The notes below the pieces were generated by a model. That model searched no databases. It was not told the origin of the DNA and saw nothing but the letters and a program-made list of their open reading frames with translations. From Guillardia theta CCMP2712 (Eukaryota > Protista > Cryptophyta), in contig NW_005434661.1 of NCBI RefSeq assembly GCF_000315625.1, positions 1,001,892-1,062,263 on the forward strand: a stretch of 60,372 nucleotides of DNA, given 5' to 3'. This document shows positions 1-11,114 of this stretch, piece after piece; position 1 is the first letter of the stretch, and each line of letters begins with the position of its first letter. A program made the translations under genes and the position numbers.

Positions 1-54
1 GTGCCTGCCTATCTGCTTCCCCGTACCCGTACCCGTACCGTTCCCGTCCGTCCC

Positions 55-195
55 TCCCTCCCTCCCTCCCCTCCCCTCCCCTCCCCTCCCCTCCCCTCCC
101 CTCCCCTCCCCTCCCCTCCCCTCCCCTCCCCTCCCCTCCCCTCCCCTCCCCTCCCCTCCCCTCCCCTCCCCTCCCCTCCCCTCCCTCCCTCCCTC
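55..195. repeat. (CTCCC)n pentanucleotide microsatellite, probably intronic
   Basis: Directly visible tandem CTCCC run. Confidence 0.95.
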
Positions 196-227
196 CTAAA
201 CCCAGCTCTTTCCTTCCTTCCTTTCCG

Positions 228-1023
228 CTGAAGAGCATGGCAGGACATCTTTGAGAGTATCTACCTCAATCGCTCCTTCGCGCAGGGGAGGGTTTACTCC
301 TCCTCCCTCGCCACCTCCATACTCGCGCAATCCTTCTACAGCCCCCACATCCTGCCCATCGTATCCTCTCCTCCTCGCTCCTCCTCCTCTAACTCCATCG
401 CAGATCAGTGCCGTGCTCTCTTCTCAGATCACCAACGTGGGCTACGACGGGTCCATGGGGTTCGGCGGTGAGGTTCTGCCATGCCGGCAGGTTGAGCTGA
501 TCCAGCAGCCTGTCGACCTCAGTCTCAAGGTACACACCCTCATCTCCTCCCCCTCCTCCTCTCCCTCCTCCTCTCCCTCCTCCTCTCCTCTCCTCTCCTC
601 CCCCCCCTCCCTCCCCATTTCCTCTCATATCCTGCGGCCCTCTCCTCGTCTGACTCTCAAGCAGGGCAAGCTTTACTTGGACGCGTTTCGCTTGTACGTT
701 TCTCACAACCTGCTGCCCCTCGGCCTCTACCGGCAGGAGCAGGAGAACAGCTACAGCGCAGGATGGTGAGTGTGTGGAAGGAAACTGACTAAGGAGACGA
801 TGCGAGGAGAGCGAGGGGGGGAGTCAGAAGTGTCAGGAGGAGGAGGGAGGGAGGAGGGAGGGACGTAGGCAGGAAGGTGGGTGGTTAGGTAGGTAGGTAG
901 GTAGGTAGGTAGGTAGTTTGGTGGGTAGGAGGAGGAGGAGGAGATGACTTCGCGACAGGTATCCCTGTACGAATCCACCACCCGACATGAAGATTCTGCA
1001 GCAGGATAAGATTTTCCTTCTGA
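228..1023 (+). CDS. 3' exons of a hypothetical protein gene entering from the left edge
   Basis: Non-repetitive exon-like blocks (WQDIFESIYLNRSF; ISAVLSSQITNVGYDGSMGFGGE; GKLYLDAFRLYVSHNLLPLG; YPCTNPPPDMK) bounded by GT/AG and separated by microsatellite-rich introns; no family recognised. Confidence 0.45.
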
Positions 1024-1252
1024 AGCCGTGTTGAGAGGAAGTGTTTTGTTGCGACGTTGTAGATAGATGAAGATGTGAAGTAGACAGTAAGATTGGTAAG
1101 GACGTCAGAGTTCTGATGAGTTCGCATGTTATTTCAAGGTTAACCATGTACGAGTGACCAGTTCCAACTCCCCCAACGCTCGCATCCTCCTAGCTCCTGT
1201 CTCTGAACTGCCCCTTCTCCTGCTTCTCCTACCCGCTGAGTCACTATCCTCT

Positions 1253-2012
1253 TCACTTTGACTGCCCCTGCTTGAGCTGAGCCTGCAGCTGTTGCAGTTT
1301 GTTCCTCTTCTCCTCCATCTTCTTCTCGAGGTCTATGACATGGTTTTGTGTTCTTTTCCTGCCAACGTGTCAAAATCTCCTTGATAGCGATAGATTTCTT
1401 CACATCTCGTCTCCTATATACTGCAATCTCTTCTCGACATTCGATTTAGCTTCTTCCGGGTCCTTCCATGGGCGGTCAACAGGAGAGCAGCTAGCGATCA
1501 GCGCGTACCTGAGACAGGAGGACAGGCCCAACAAGTTTGTAGACAGCGCCACCATCAATCAGCTTGAGCTCGTCCAGAACCATGTTGTTTTCGTTCTGCT
1601 GTGCTAAAAGTTTGCTGTACGTTTGGCCCATCTTAGCATGCTCTGCAGGAAATCACACAAGTTAGCAACTAGGCCGAGATCTCACACTCTTGACAAGCTT
1701 TCAGTCATGACTCACTACCAGTCCTCCCTTCCTCTAGGTTACATCTTATCTTCTCATTCACCAACTAATACCAAATTCTCTGCCTCATCTTCCTTTCTCG
1801 TTTCGTCCATCCCGAGTGTACATTCTTTAATTCCTCTTTCCTATCTCCTCTTCTCAATCCATCTCCTCTCTCCTCTCTCCTCTCCTCTCCTCTCCTCTCC
1901 TCTCCTCCTCTCTCCTCCTCTCTCCTCCTCTCTCCTCCTCTCCTCTCCTCTCACCTTGCTGTAGGCTCTGGTAAGCCTTCGCCTCCACCTCCAGCCGCTG
2001 CTGCACTGCCAT
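1253..2012 (-). CDS. PFDN6: Prefoldin subunit 6 (beta-type), 4 exons
   Basis: Spliced translation MAVQQRLEVEAKAYQSLQQ-EHAKMGQTYSKLLAQQNENNMVLDELKLIDGGAVYKLVGPVLLSQ-DPEEAKSNVEKRLQYIGDEM-KRTQNHVIDLEKK...; the ENxMVxxEL...VYKLVGPVL...EAKSNVxKRL signature matches PFDN6/Yke2. Confidence 0.9.
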
Positions 2013-2141
2013 TTCTTCCCGCCTTTCACTCCTGTTACCCTCATCCCCTTGCTCAATCATCACCCTCATCCCCAGCCTCATCCCCTGACTCCCTGCTGAC
2101 TCCATCATCCCGAACCCTAATAACTAATCCCGAACTGAGAA

Positions 2142-2174
2142 ATGGCGGGAAATCCTCAACAAACCCAGCCGAAG

Positions 2175-2210
<36 letters not shown>

Positions 2211-3328
2211 ATCATCACCCTGCTGCTGCTGCTCCTGATTCTGTTCTTGCTCCTGATTCTGATCCTGCTGCTGTTCCTGCCAATAACCCTGCTCACGATT
2301 CATCTACCCCCACTTCCGCTCCTGCAACTTCTCTTACCTCTGATGCTTCTCCATGTATTGGTCCATCGCTTCGTTGCAGCCTCAGGCTGGATCAACAGTC
2401 TCAGTGTGGCTTGAGGGTCGCATGAAACTTCCCAGCAGTGCAAGTAGATTCTGAAATATTCGAGACAGGTGGAACATGGCGCAAGTGATTACCGACAAGA
2501 TCCAAACAATCAAAGAGAGCATCACGCTCTGTACTGAATTAATAGAGAACAGTTTCTCTGATGTGATTGCTGCAATGCACGAGGCGAAGTGTAGCGAGGT
2601 GAGACGAAGTCTTTTTCTTCTGGATGATCACCATGTGCTCAGGAAGAAACACGAGAAGTCATGACCTATGCACAAATGATCTCAGAGGACAAGAAGCGCT
2701 TGCAGCTGTTAGAAAATCAGATAGTACAAGCCAGTCAGATGCAAGAAGACAGTCCCCTAAAGACCAAGTTTCTGGAGCAGCTGAAAAATTCAACTTTCGG
2801 GGTTGAAGAATCGAAAATGGCCTACAAATCCTGCGGAAGTTATGCATCTTTGGAGTCTAAATTTCAGGCAAGCCTGATCTCCACCACGTTTACACATGTT
2901 TGTGTGATAATTCTTGCAGAGCTTGTATGGCGAAGCTGGTGAAGACGAGGACCTATGCATGACGGCCGAAGATCTCCCTGAGTCAGACCCTCTCACCACT
3001 GAGCGGCTTGCTTTTAAGGACGGAAAATGGCCCCTCGCGCTGCCATGTAAGCATGTATACAACTACTCCACGGTCTTTGCCTTGAAGTCCAAGTCCAAGA
3101 CATTCGCACTGGACAAATGTGTCGGCAAGTCTTGTCTTGTTCTGCAAACGAGCTCGAGTCTGATCCCGTTTCATTCCAGTCTCTGCTTGCTCCAACAAAA
3201 CACCCATTGGTGGCATGGAGGCGAGGGAGAAGCTTCAACCCGACACTCGAGTGATGCAGATGATCAGGAAAAGGCAAAAGTATGGGGACAGCTACGGTAA
3301 CGAAGAGAGAGAATGCATGGAGCTTTGA
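2142..3328 (+). CDS. Putative NSE2/MMS21-like SP-RING SUMO ligase (5' end uncertain)
   Basis: Helical N-terminal part, acidic GEDEDLCM linker, then DPLT...P..LPCKHVY...KC...CSNK...LQPD...MIRK, resembling the zf-Nse SP-RING. Confidence 0.5.
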
Positions 3329-3409
3329 TCATAGGTTTTCATTCGTGTCGCTTCCACCCCCTTCCCCCTGCTTCCCTTCTACTACATCATATCTTTCCGT
3401 GATGTCCAC

Positions 3410-4843
3410 CTTCACACAATCCAAAATGAAGTCACGTAACTCGCCCAGCCCAATCTTGTCCTTGGCACTGTGTGCTGATAAGCAAAGTGGGCAAAGCAGT
3501 CAAGATCGCTTGCCTGACAAAGAAGACTGAAGGCTCTTTCACTTTATCTCGCTTCAGCATCAGCATCTGTGCTCGAGCATTCTGTTCCAGCTCCTCCTTA
3601 GCAGCCTTTGAGACTTTATCGCACTTGGTAAAGACCTGTATGCGACAAGTCATGGTCCAACACTTGATGACAGGCGGCTTTCACAATTCTGAAGTCAACC
3701 CTTGACATCTGCAAGAAGCTGAGCCAGTCGAAGTCGATCTCAAGAATTCCTCGCCGACTTCATGGGTGACCCTCCGTCAGGTACCAACGGCTTGTCAAGG
3801 TATGGCTGTGACTGCTACCTGTCTATGAGCACGAGCACCACTCGGAGAACTTGTTTGTCTCGACTAGTCGAAACGTGAGAGGCCGGAAAGGGAGGAGGCA
3901 GAGGAAAGGCACCAGACCTCTTGACGAAGTCATACACAGTCTGGTTCCAATCGTCTACTATCCTCTTCGGGGCCTTTGCGAAGCTGCAGGGAACACAACG
4001 GGAACGGTGCTGGATCAGTGAGGGATCTGGAAAGGAGGGGAAATAGGCAGCAGGAGGGGGGACCAGGTGCGAGGAAAGACTCGGAGAAGCCGGTGTGTCC
4101 ATATCCTCCTCTTCTCACCCGTATCCTGGAAAATCTACGAGTCGAAACCTCTTAGCAACATTGAAGAAGATGAGTTGTTGCGTGCGCCCCGGAGTCTGAT
4201 AGAGTTGACGATGTCAGTCGTTCTTGTCAGCACCTCCATGGCTCCCTCCCACCTTCGACGTTCGCGCAAGACCGTGATGCACAGTAAGCGCGTTGATCAG
4301 ACTTGACTTGCCGACATTCGATCTCCCCGAGAACCTGACAAGTCCATCAAGCATGAGCTTCACGTCTCCACCAGGATTCTCAGGGCTGGACACAGAAGCA
4401 GCGAGGAGGGGGATAGAGTCAAGGAGGGAGCAGAACAAAGGGAATGCAGAGGGGGAGGAAAGTTGGAATGGGGGGGAAGGAGGCGAGCAAGGAGGGGAGG
4501 GAGAGTGGGTTGGAGAGGAAACCGGGGGTGTAGAGTGGAGTGCTGTCGAGAGGAGAGGAGAGAGTGGCGAGGAGGGGAGAGGAAAGGAGAGGAGGAGGAG
4601 GGGCGAGGAGAGGAGGAGGAGGGGAGGGGAGGGGAGAGGAGGAGGAGGCGAGGGGAGGGGAGGGGAGGAGGGGAGAGGAGGAGGAGAGGAGAGTAGAGGA
4701 GAAGGGGGAAGGTGAGGGGAGGGGAGGGGAGAAGAGAGGAGAGGAGAGATTTCTCACCCGATCTCAGGAAGACCATCTTTCGGTGCCTGCATGACCTTGG
4801 CGATCGCTAGCTCAAACGCCGCTCGCGTTCCCCTTACCCACAT
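3410..4843 (-). CDS. engB: EngB/YihA-family ribosome-biogenesis GTPase, multi-exon
   Basis: LPEI-xFSGRSNVGKSSLINAL (G1), TPGRTQQL (G2), LVDFPGYG-FAKAP (G3), VFTKCDK (G4). Confidence 0.85.
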
Positions 4844-5145
4844 TGCATCCGCTAGGGCCCTCCTCCCCCCTCATCCAGCACGCCGAAACCACGAAAAATC
4901 ATGGCAGGGTAAGGACAAGTTCAAGGAAAGAGATGAAGCACCTGATTCCTCCCTCCCCCTCCCTCCTTCCCCCTCCTCCTCTGCAGATATGTGCATCTCT
5001 CTCTTTCTGTCTTGCTCCCCGTGTCTCCTTCACCTGTCATGATCCATACTCTTGCAATGTCCGCGCTCCTAACTTGCGCCATCCTCGACTTGCTGATCTT
5101 GTTCAGCATCCACATTCATCTTCCCTCTCGTCAAACGTCAATACC

Positions 5146-6684
5146 ATGGCGACATCATCTCCATGGCGGTCGCGGGCCCTTGAGCTGTCACTGATCATCG
5201 TGTGTGGTAGCGAGGAGCTCGTCAGCCCATGGCATTGGTGGCGAAGCCTAGGGTCTCCTAGGTACGTCTCTGCCCCCATGGTGAACAACAGCGAGCTAGC
5301 CTTTCGTCTTCTCGTTCGCAGGTCGTTCTCGCCGCTCTTCTCTCCTCCTTGCTTCTCACTGGAACGGCAGGCATGGTGTCCAACTCACCTACACCCCGAT
5401 GATCCCTGCGAAAAAGTTCATTTCCATGGGGGCGAAGGACAGACTCGCGCTCATCGAGCCGCACGAGGACGATCGACCTCTGATCGTTCAGTTCTGGTGC
5501 TCCCTGGCCACACGTGACATCTCGCTGACTCTTCCTTGTAGCTCCGACGAACCCGACGAGCTGCTGGAGGCCGGCAGGCTGGTAACTCAAGTGAAGCCGC
5601 TTCATGTTGGTGATGCGCCCACAGGCACGAGATCACTGCGACGCGATCGACCTCAACTTGGGGTGTCCGCAGTCACAAGCAGCGAGGGATCACTACGGAG
5701 CGGTGCTGATGGAGGAGCCGGAGCTCGTGAGCAGGATGGTTCGACGAGCCTCGCAAGGGCTGAGGGTTCCGGTGACATGCAAGATCCGAGTGTTCGATAA
5801 CCTCGAGCGGACAGTAGCGTTCGCCAAGATGCTGCAAGCGAGGTAGGAGAGGAGGAGCTCGTGCCGCTCGCTCATCAGTCGCTGCAGCGGCTGCTCGATG
5901 CTGACCGTGCATGGGAGAACAAGGGGGTGTACCCACCACGAGGGCTCCTGCAACTGGGACTACATCCGGGAGGTGAAGGAAGCCGTGGACATACCAGTGA
6001 TAGCAAACGGAGGGATGATTCGTAGGTTCGAGCAGCTCCCTGTGCTGACGTCATGGCTACTCACAACAGTTGCACCTCAGCCTTCGAGACGTGCGGCGAT
6101 GTCTGGAGCACACTGGGGCCGACGCTGTCATGTCCGCCATAGGCCTTCTACTCGATCCTCGTCTCTTCGGGGGTCAAGAGAGCGGTCAGAGCTCGGACCC
6201 TCCCGACCCTCAGCCGCTGCCAGACCCGATCGAGCTGGCCCTCGAGTACCTTGAGCTTGCCAAGACGATCCCTTCCACCCCGGGGAAAAGCATGAGGTCT
6301 GCGATCGGTGACACGACATGATCCGAGATGACGAGGACGGCAGGGAACACGTTCAAGCTCTCCTGCGCTTCGAGCTCTGCCCCTCTTACTATCACAGGTG
6401 CTGCAAGGCTGATGACTCTGAACGCTGCTTGACCAGTGCGCCAGGGGGGGGAAGACGGACCGGCACAAAGACTTATGGAACCTCGTTTGCTGTAACCGTG
6501 TAACGACAGCACACCAGGTAGGCAGAAGGGCAGCCGCCAGGGCGTTGCACGTCATGATGAGAGCTGGCAGTGCATTCAGATAGTGGAGGTGCTGGCATGG
6601 AGAGAAAAGCATCGGCTGGCCCCTTACGAGCCTCCTCCTACTCTCAAGCAAATCAAATACGGTGACACGATGCAAACTTCCTGA
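5146..6684 (+). CDS. DUS1: tRNA-dihydrouridine synthase (DUS1-like), multi-exon
   Basis: APMVNNSELAFRLLVRR, DRPLIVQF, DAIDLNLGCPQ (catalytic Cys), VPVTCKIRVF, LTVHGRTR, IPVIANG, GADAVMSA. Confidence 0.9.
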
Positions 6685-8790
6685 GTGCCCGGCCCGGATT
6701 CAAGTCTTCTAACAATTAAGCTCTCAGCCCCAAGAATCGGCGCCTCTACTGCTGGCCCACAAGTACAAGCTGCCGCCTCGGAGGCTTCCGACTCCGCAAG
6801 GCGATCGCTGGACTCGGAGGATGAGGGTAGCTGGGAGCTGGCGGCGTCAATCTTTGACAATCTCGAGTGAAGGGATTGTGGTCGTGGACTGCAGGAATGA
6901 TCCCGCTGCCGGGCTGAGCCTTGAAGCGTGGACTGGACCCGCCGGTTGGCACTCACTGTTTACTTGTTCCAAAGTTCACTGCCGGCATCTGAAAGTCTTT
7001 ATTAACTGAAAAAGAAAGGCAAACCGGAGCATACAAAGAAATCCTACAAACCCGCCTCAATAAAATACTAGGAAACGAAGGAGGCAGCGAAAACCGCTAC
7101 TCCAACTGGACAACCACAACCTTTGGTTTACCAACCGTTGCGAGTTCAAGGTTCTCCCTTCCCCCGCGCGACCACCTTGGACCTGATGCTCGGTGCTCAT
7201 CAACGTTGAACTTCATGGACTGCTGGAAGCGTTTTGAATCCGAACATGCGATGCGAATGTCATAGTGTTCATGGTGAGGTTTCCTACGGTGAACGGTTTT
7301 ATGAGGTAAACTTGCAGCATATTGTTCAATCATTGAATCAATCATTATTGGCTTCGCCTCGACGCATGAATTCATCCCGGCTGGATTCGTAAAAGATCGA
7401 TTCTGACATCATCACGACAGTTCTGAGGAAAGCGAAGTTGAGATGAGGTGTGTGGACCTCGTTGCTTTGAGTTTAGCAGTACAGTTATTCAGTACATGTG
7501 ATGGTTTGTAATGCGCATCTGAATTTAGTTCCTGCATTCATTGTAATGGGAACATTAGGAATGTGGGACCATGCAGCACATCGTGCGCAATACATCCTTC
7601 TTCATCCTGCTTACTGTACTTGCTTGTGATATCAGCTGCAGCAGCACAAGCTAACATCTCCTTGCAACCAAAATGAGTGAAATAGAATAAAACTCTAAAA
7701 GTTGAGGTCATGCGAAGGTTCGCGTGACTGCTGACATGAACCTATCCATACAAGTAATTTTAAAAAAAAACCAGATCACCCCCCATGCCCCTTCCACCCC
7801 ACCCCACCCCCACCCCACCCCACCCCCAGTTTTAATGCACCCCTGACCACCATGGACCACCCCTTGGACAAATATCACCCCTTTCCTATCTCTTGAGGAC
7901 CCCACCTCGCCTACCCCGTACCCGACTTTTATTATGGCATGTGACTCATGACTACCTACCCTGTTAAATGTTCACATGACCATCTCGGGTACCCCACCTG
8001 TTTACTTCACCCCTACCCCCTAGCCCCTACCCCCCTAGCCCCCTTTTAAAAAAGTTCCAGATCTTCCCACCCCACCCACCCCACCCTCTTACTCGTTTCC
8101 AAGGCCTTTAGACCCCGCCCTCCGCCCTTGACCTTTCCCTCCCGACGACCCTTTCCCTTTATATCCTCCCACTCCTCACCCCCACCTCCTATTTTACCAT
8201 GTATCACCCCGTCTTTTACCCATCCTATTGCTAGAGCAGTACCCCCATCCCCCCTTCCCGATCGAATAGCTCAGACTTTATTTTTACCCCTTACTACCCC
8301 ACCCCCCTCGTTCAGGCTGATGTAACCAGCTGTGCGTGCTGCTTACCTCCTCACAAGGACCTTACAGGCGCCGAAAACGAAATGGGGGCGATTAAAAGAT
8401 TAGACAGACATGGCGGACGATGGAGGGAGGGAGGGAGGGATGGAGGCGAGAAGGGAGGGAGAGCAAGAACGGCAGAGAGCAGAGGATGAGTGGAATGTGT
8501 AGGGTAAGTGAACACGAAAGTTGACGAGTATTGAATCCGGTGAAAGAAGCAGGTAGAACAGGAGCACAAGTAGCAACATTTAGGCTACGAGTGGAGGGCA
8601 ATGGAATCAGATCCATGCGGAGAAGATTGTTAATTGAAATCGCATGGTATGATGCAGCTCTGTTCACACGACTGAAACATAGTATCTTTGTTCAACCGTG
8701 TTGTCACACTGATTTTCAGGTCACTTGAAGATCCATGACAGCGCATTGGCGTATTGGTTGACAGCATATCCAGCACATAGATACACAGCG

Positions 8791-10102
8791 ATGCAAATGG
8801 CTGTTGGTGATAATGCGGGTGAGATCAGCAGCTCGTTGGTAGCGAAACCTCCAATCATCAACCAGGAGGGGCCGAATGGAACTACAACGACACAGAAGAA
8901 GCTACCTAGACGGACGCTCCTCGAGCCCCCTTCGAACCAAGAGGTGAAGGAGCAAGAAAAGTCAGAGCCTCCCAGCATTTGGAACTCAGAGACTGGAATT
9001 CTTACCAAAGGATTTCACAAGAACTTTGAGTTCGGGAAGACTCTGGGCAGGGGGACTTTTGCGAAAGTGAAGGTTGCTAGGCACAAGACGACGGGGACAT
9101 GTTTCGCTGTGAAGATCATCGACAAGCAGTCGGCATCTTTCAAGAGAGAATCCTTGAAGTCTGAGATCGTTCTCATGCGCCAAGTGATCCACCCGAACTG
9201 CCTGCGCTTGCACGGAGTCTATGACGAGAAGTCCAAGTGCTTTTTGATCCTTGACCTCGCTTCAGGAGGCACGGTCCTAGACCGTATCATTGAGAACGAT
9301 TGCTTCAAAGAGAATGATGCCAAGAAAGTCTCCAAAGACGTGTTGACAGCGATCGAATACCTTCACAGCCTGGGGATCTCACACAGGGACCTGAAACCTG
9401 AGAACCTCCTCTACGCTTCCAACGATCCGCAGTCTCCGGACTACACGACTGTCAAGGTCGCTGACTTTGGGCTGTCGAAGATCTTCGTTGAGAAGCAGCC
9501 GATGCGAACGGTCTGTGGGTCACCCAACTACGTGGCCCCAGAGGTGGTGGACCCCTACTGCATCTCGATAGGGTATGGCCCGGAAGTTGACATCTGGTCC
9601 ATGGGGATCGTGATCTATGTCATGCTGTGCGGCTTCCTGCCCTTCTACGCTGACTCGAACGCGGAGCTCTTCAGGCTCATCTGTGCGGGCGATTTCTCCT
9701 TCCCCTCCCCTTACTGGGATGGGATCTCGGAATCGGCAAAGCAGCTCATTAGGAAGATGCTGGTGGTCAATCCCAAGAGGCGGCTGAGCCCCTCGCAGTG
9801 CCTGGCACACTCCTGGTTCAACGAGGACGGGGCCACCTTGAAGGACCTGGCGCTGCACAGCCACCACCGAGCGTTCTTGCTGATCAGAAAGCTCCCCATC
9901 TTCGACAACATCGACCCCAAGGTCTTGCTGGATGTGACGAGGAGGCTAAAGATCGTCAAGGTCAGCCCGGGGCAGCACGTGATCAACGCGGGGGAGGAAG
10001 GGGATTCCATGTACTTCATTCACTACGGGGCTGTCAAAGTCGTGGTCAACAATGAGGAAATCGACCGCCTGATGGCCGGTGAACAACCTTGCCTTCCCTC
10101 CC

Positions 10103-10165
<63 letters not shown>

Positions 10166-10944
10166 ATCCCCCTCTCCTGCTCCCGTTGGAGCTGCTGCTG
10201 CTGCCGCCACCACCAATTACGCCGCCGCCTCTCCCCCTGCTGCGTCTCCTCCTCTCCTTCTCGTCCTGGTGTCCGACTTCTGACGCCGCGTGCAGGGGAC
10301 TTCTTCGGAGAAGTAGCGCTGACAGTCTCGGAGCAGAGGACGGCGGACATCGTGTCGCTTGGATACCATGACGTGTTCCACCACGGCGTGTCTCCTCCAG
10401 TGCCCGCAGAGTTGTTCCAGCTGATGCGATGCGACTTCAAGGAGGTGATCGACAAGAACCCCATGCTGCAGCAGCGCCTTGCGCAAGTCGGACAGGTGAG
10501 GACAAGCTGTTGGCTTGACGATGGCAACGAGGGATGATGAGTAGTTGGTTGTTGAGGGAGGGGGAGAAGGAGAGGATAGGAGGAGCAAGGGGGAAGAAAG
10601 GTTAGATAAACACCCAGGAGCATGGGATGGAGAGGAGGAGGAGGAGGAGGAGGGAGGATGGTGACATGCTGTTGCAGGCGAGGGTAAGGAGGGCATCGGC
10701 TGACATGACGGGGGGGTTTCAAGTTTCACACTCAGACTCATCTGAGAGTGAAGACTCAGTCTGCTCCCCCGAGCTCGCGCCGTCCAACAACCATGGCGAC
10801 CTCGACGAGTTTTTCCTGGACTCGAACGAGCCGATGCATCCTAAGGGATGGTGCTCCGGATGTTTGCTGATTCTGGTTGCTCCAACGTTCCTCTCTCCTG
10901 TCTTCTGACCGTTTTGAAGGCGTTCAATTCCGCTAGTTATTTGA
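8791..10944 (+). CDS. CaMKI-like Ser/Thr kinase with a C-terminal cyclic-nucleotide-binding domain
   Basis: GRGTFAKV, AVKII, HRDLKPEN, DFG, CGSPNYVAPE, DIWSMG; then LPIF...VINAGEEGDSMYFIHYGAVKV and, after intron 10079-10295, GDFFGEVAL..RTADIVS. Confidence 0.9.
10087..10164. repeat. (GCT)n microsatellite inside the kinase intron
   Basis: Directly visible. Confidence 0.9.
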
Positions 10945-11114
10945 GGGTGTAGCAGTGACAGTTCAAACGTCTCCTTCCCGCTCCCGCTCACCTCTTCCCT
11001 CCACCTCTCTTCCTCTCCTCTCTTCCTCTTCGCTCTCCTCCTCTCTCCCTCCTCTACTTCCGTCCGCGCCCTTCAGCAACAGTTACAGTAAATTTTCATT
11101 CTAGTGTTTCAGTC

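Noticed and set aside
6685-7400. Short ORFs downstream of DUS1
   Set aside because: No recognisable motifs or convincing splice structure
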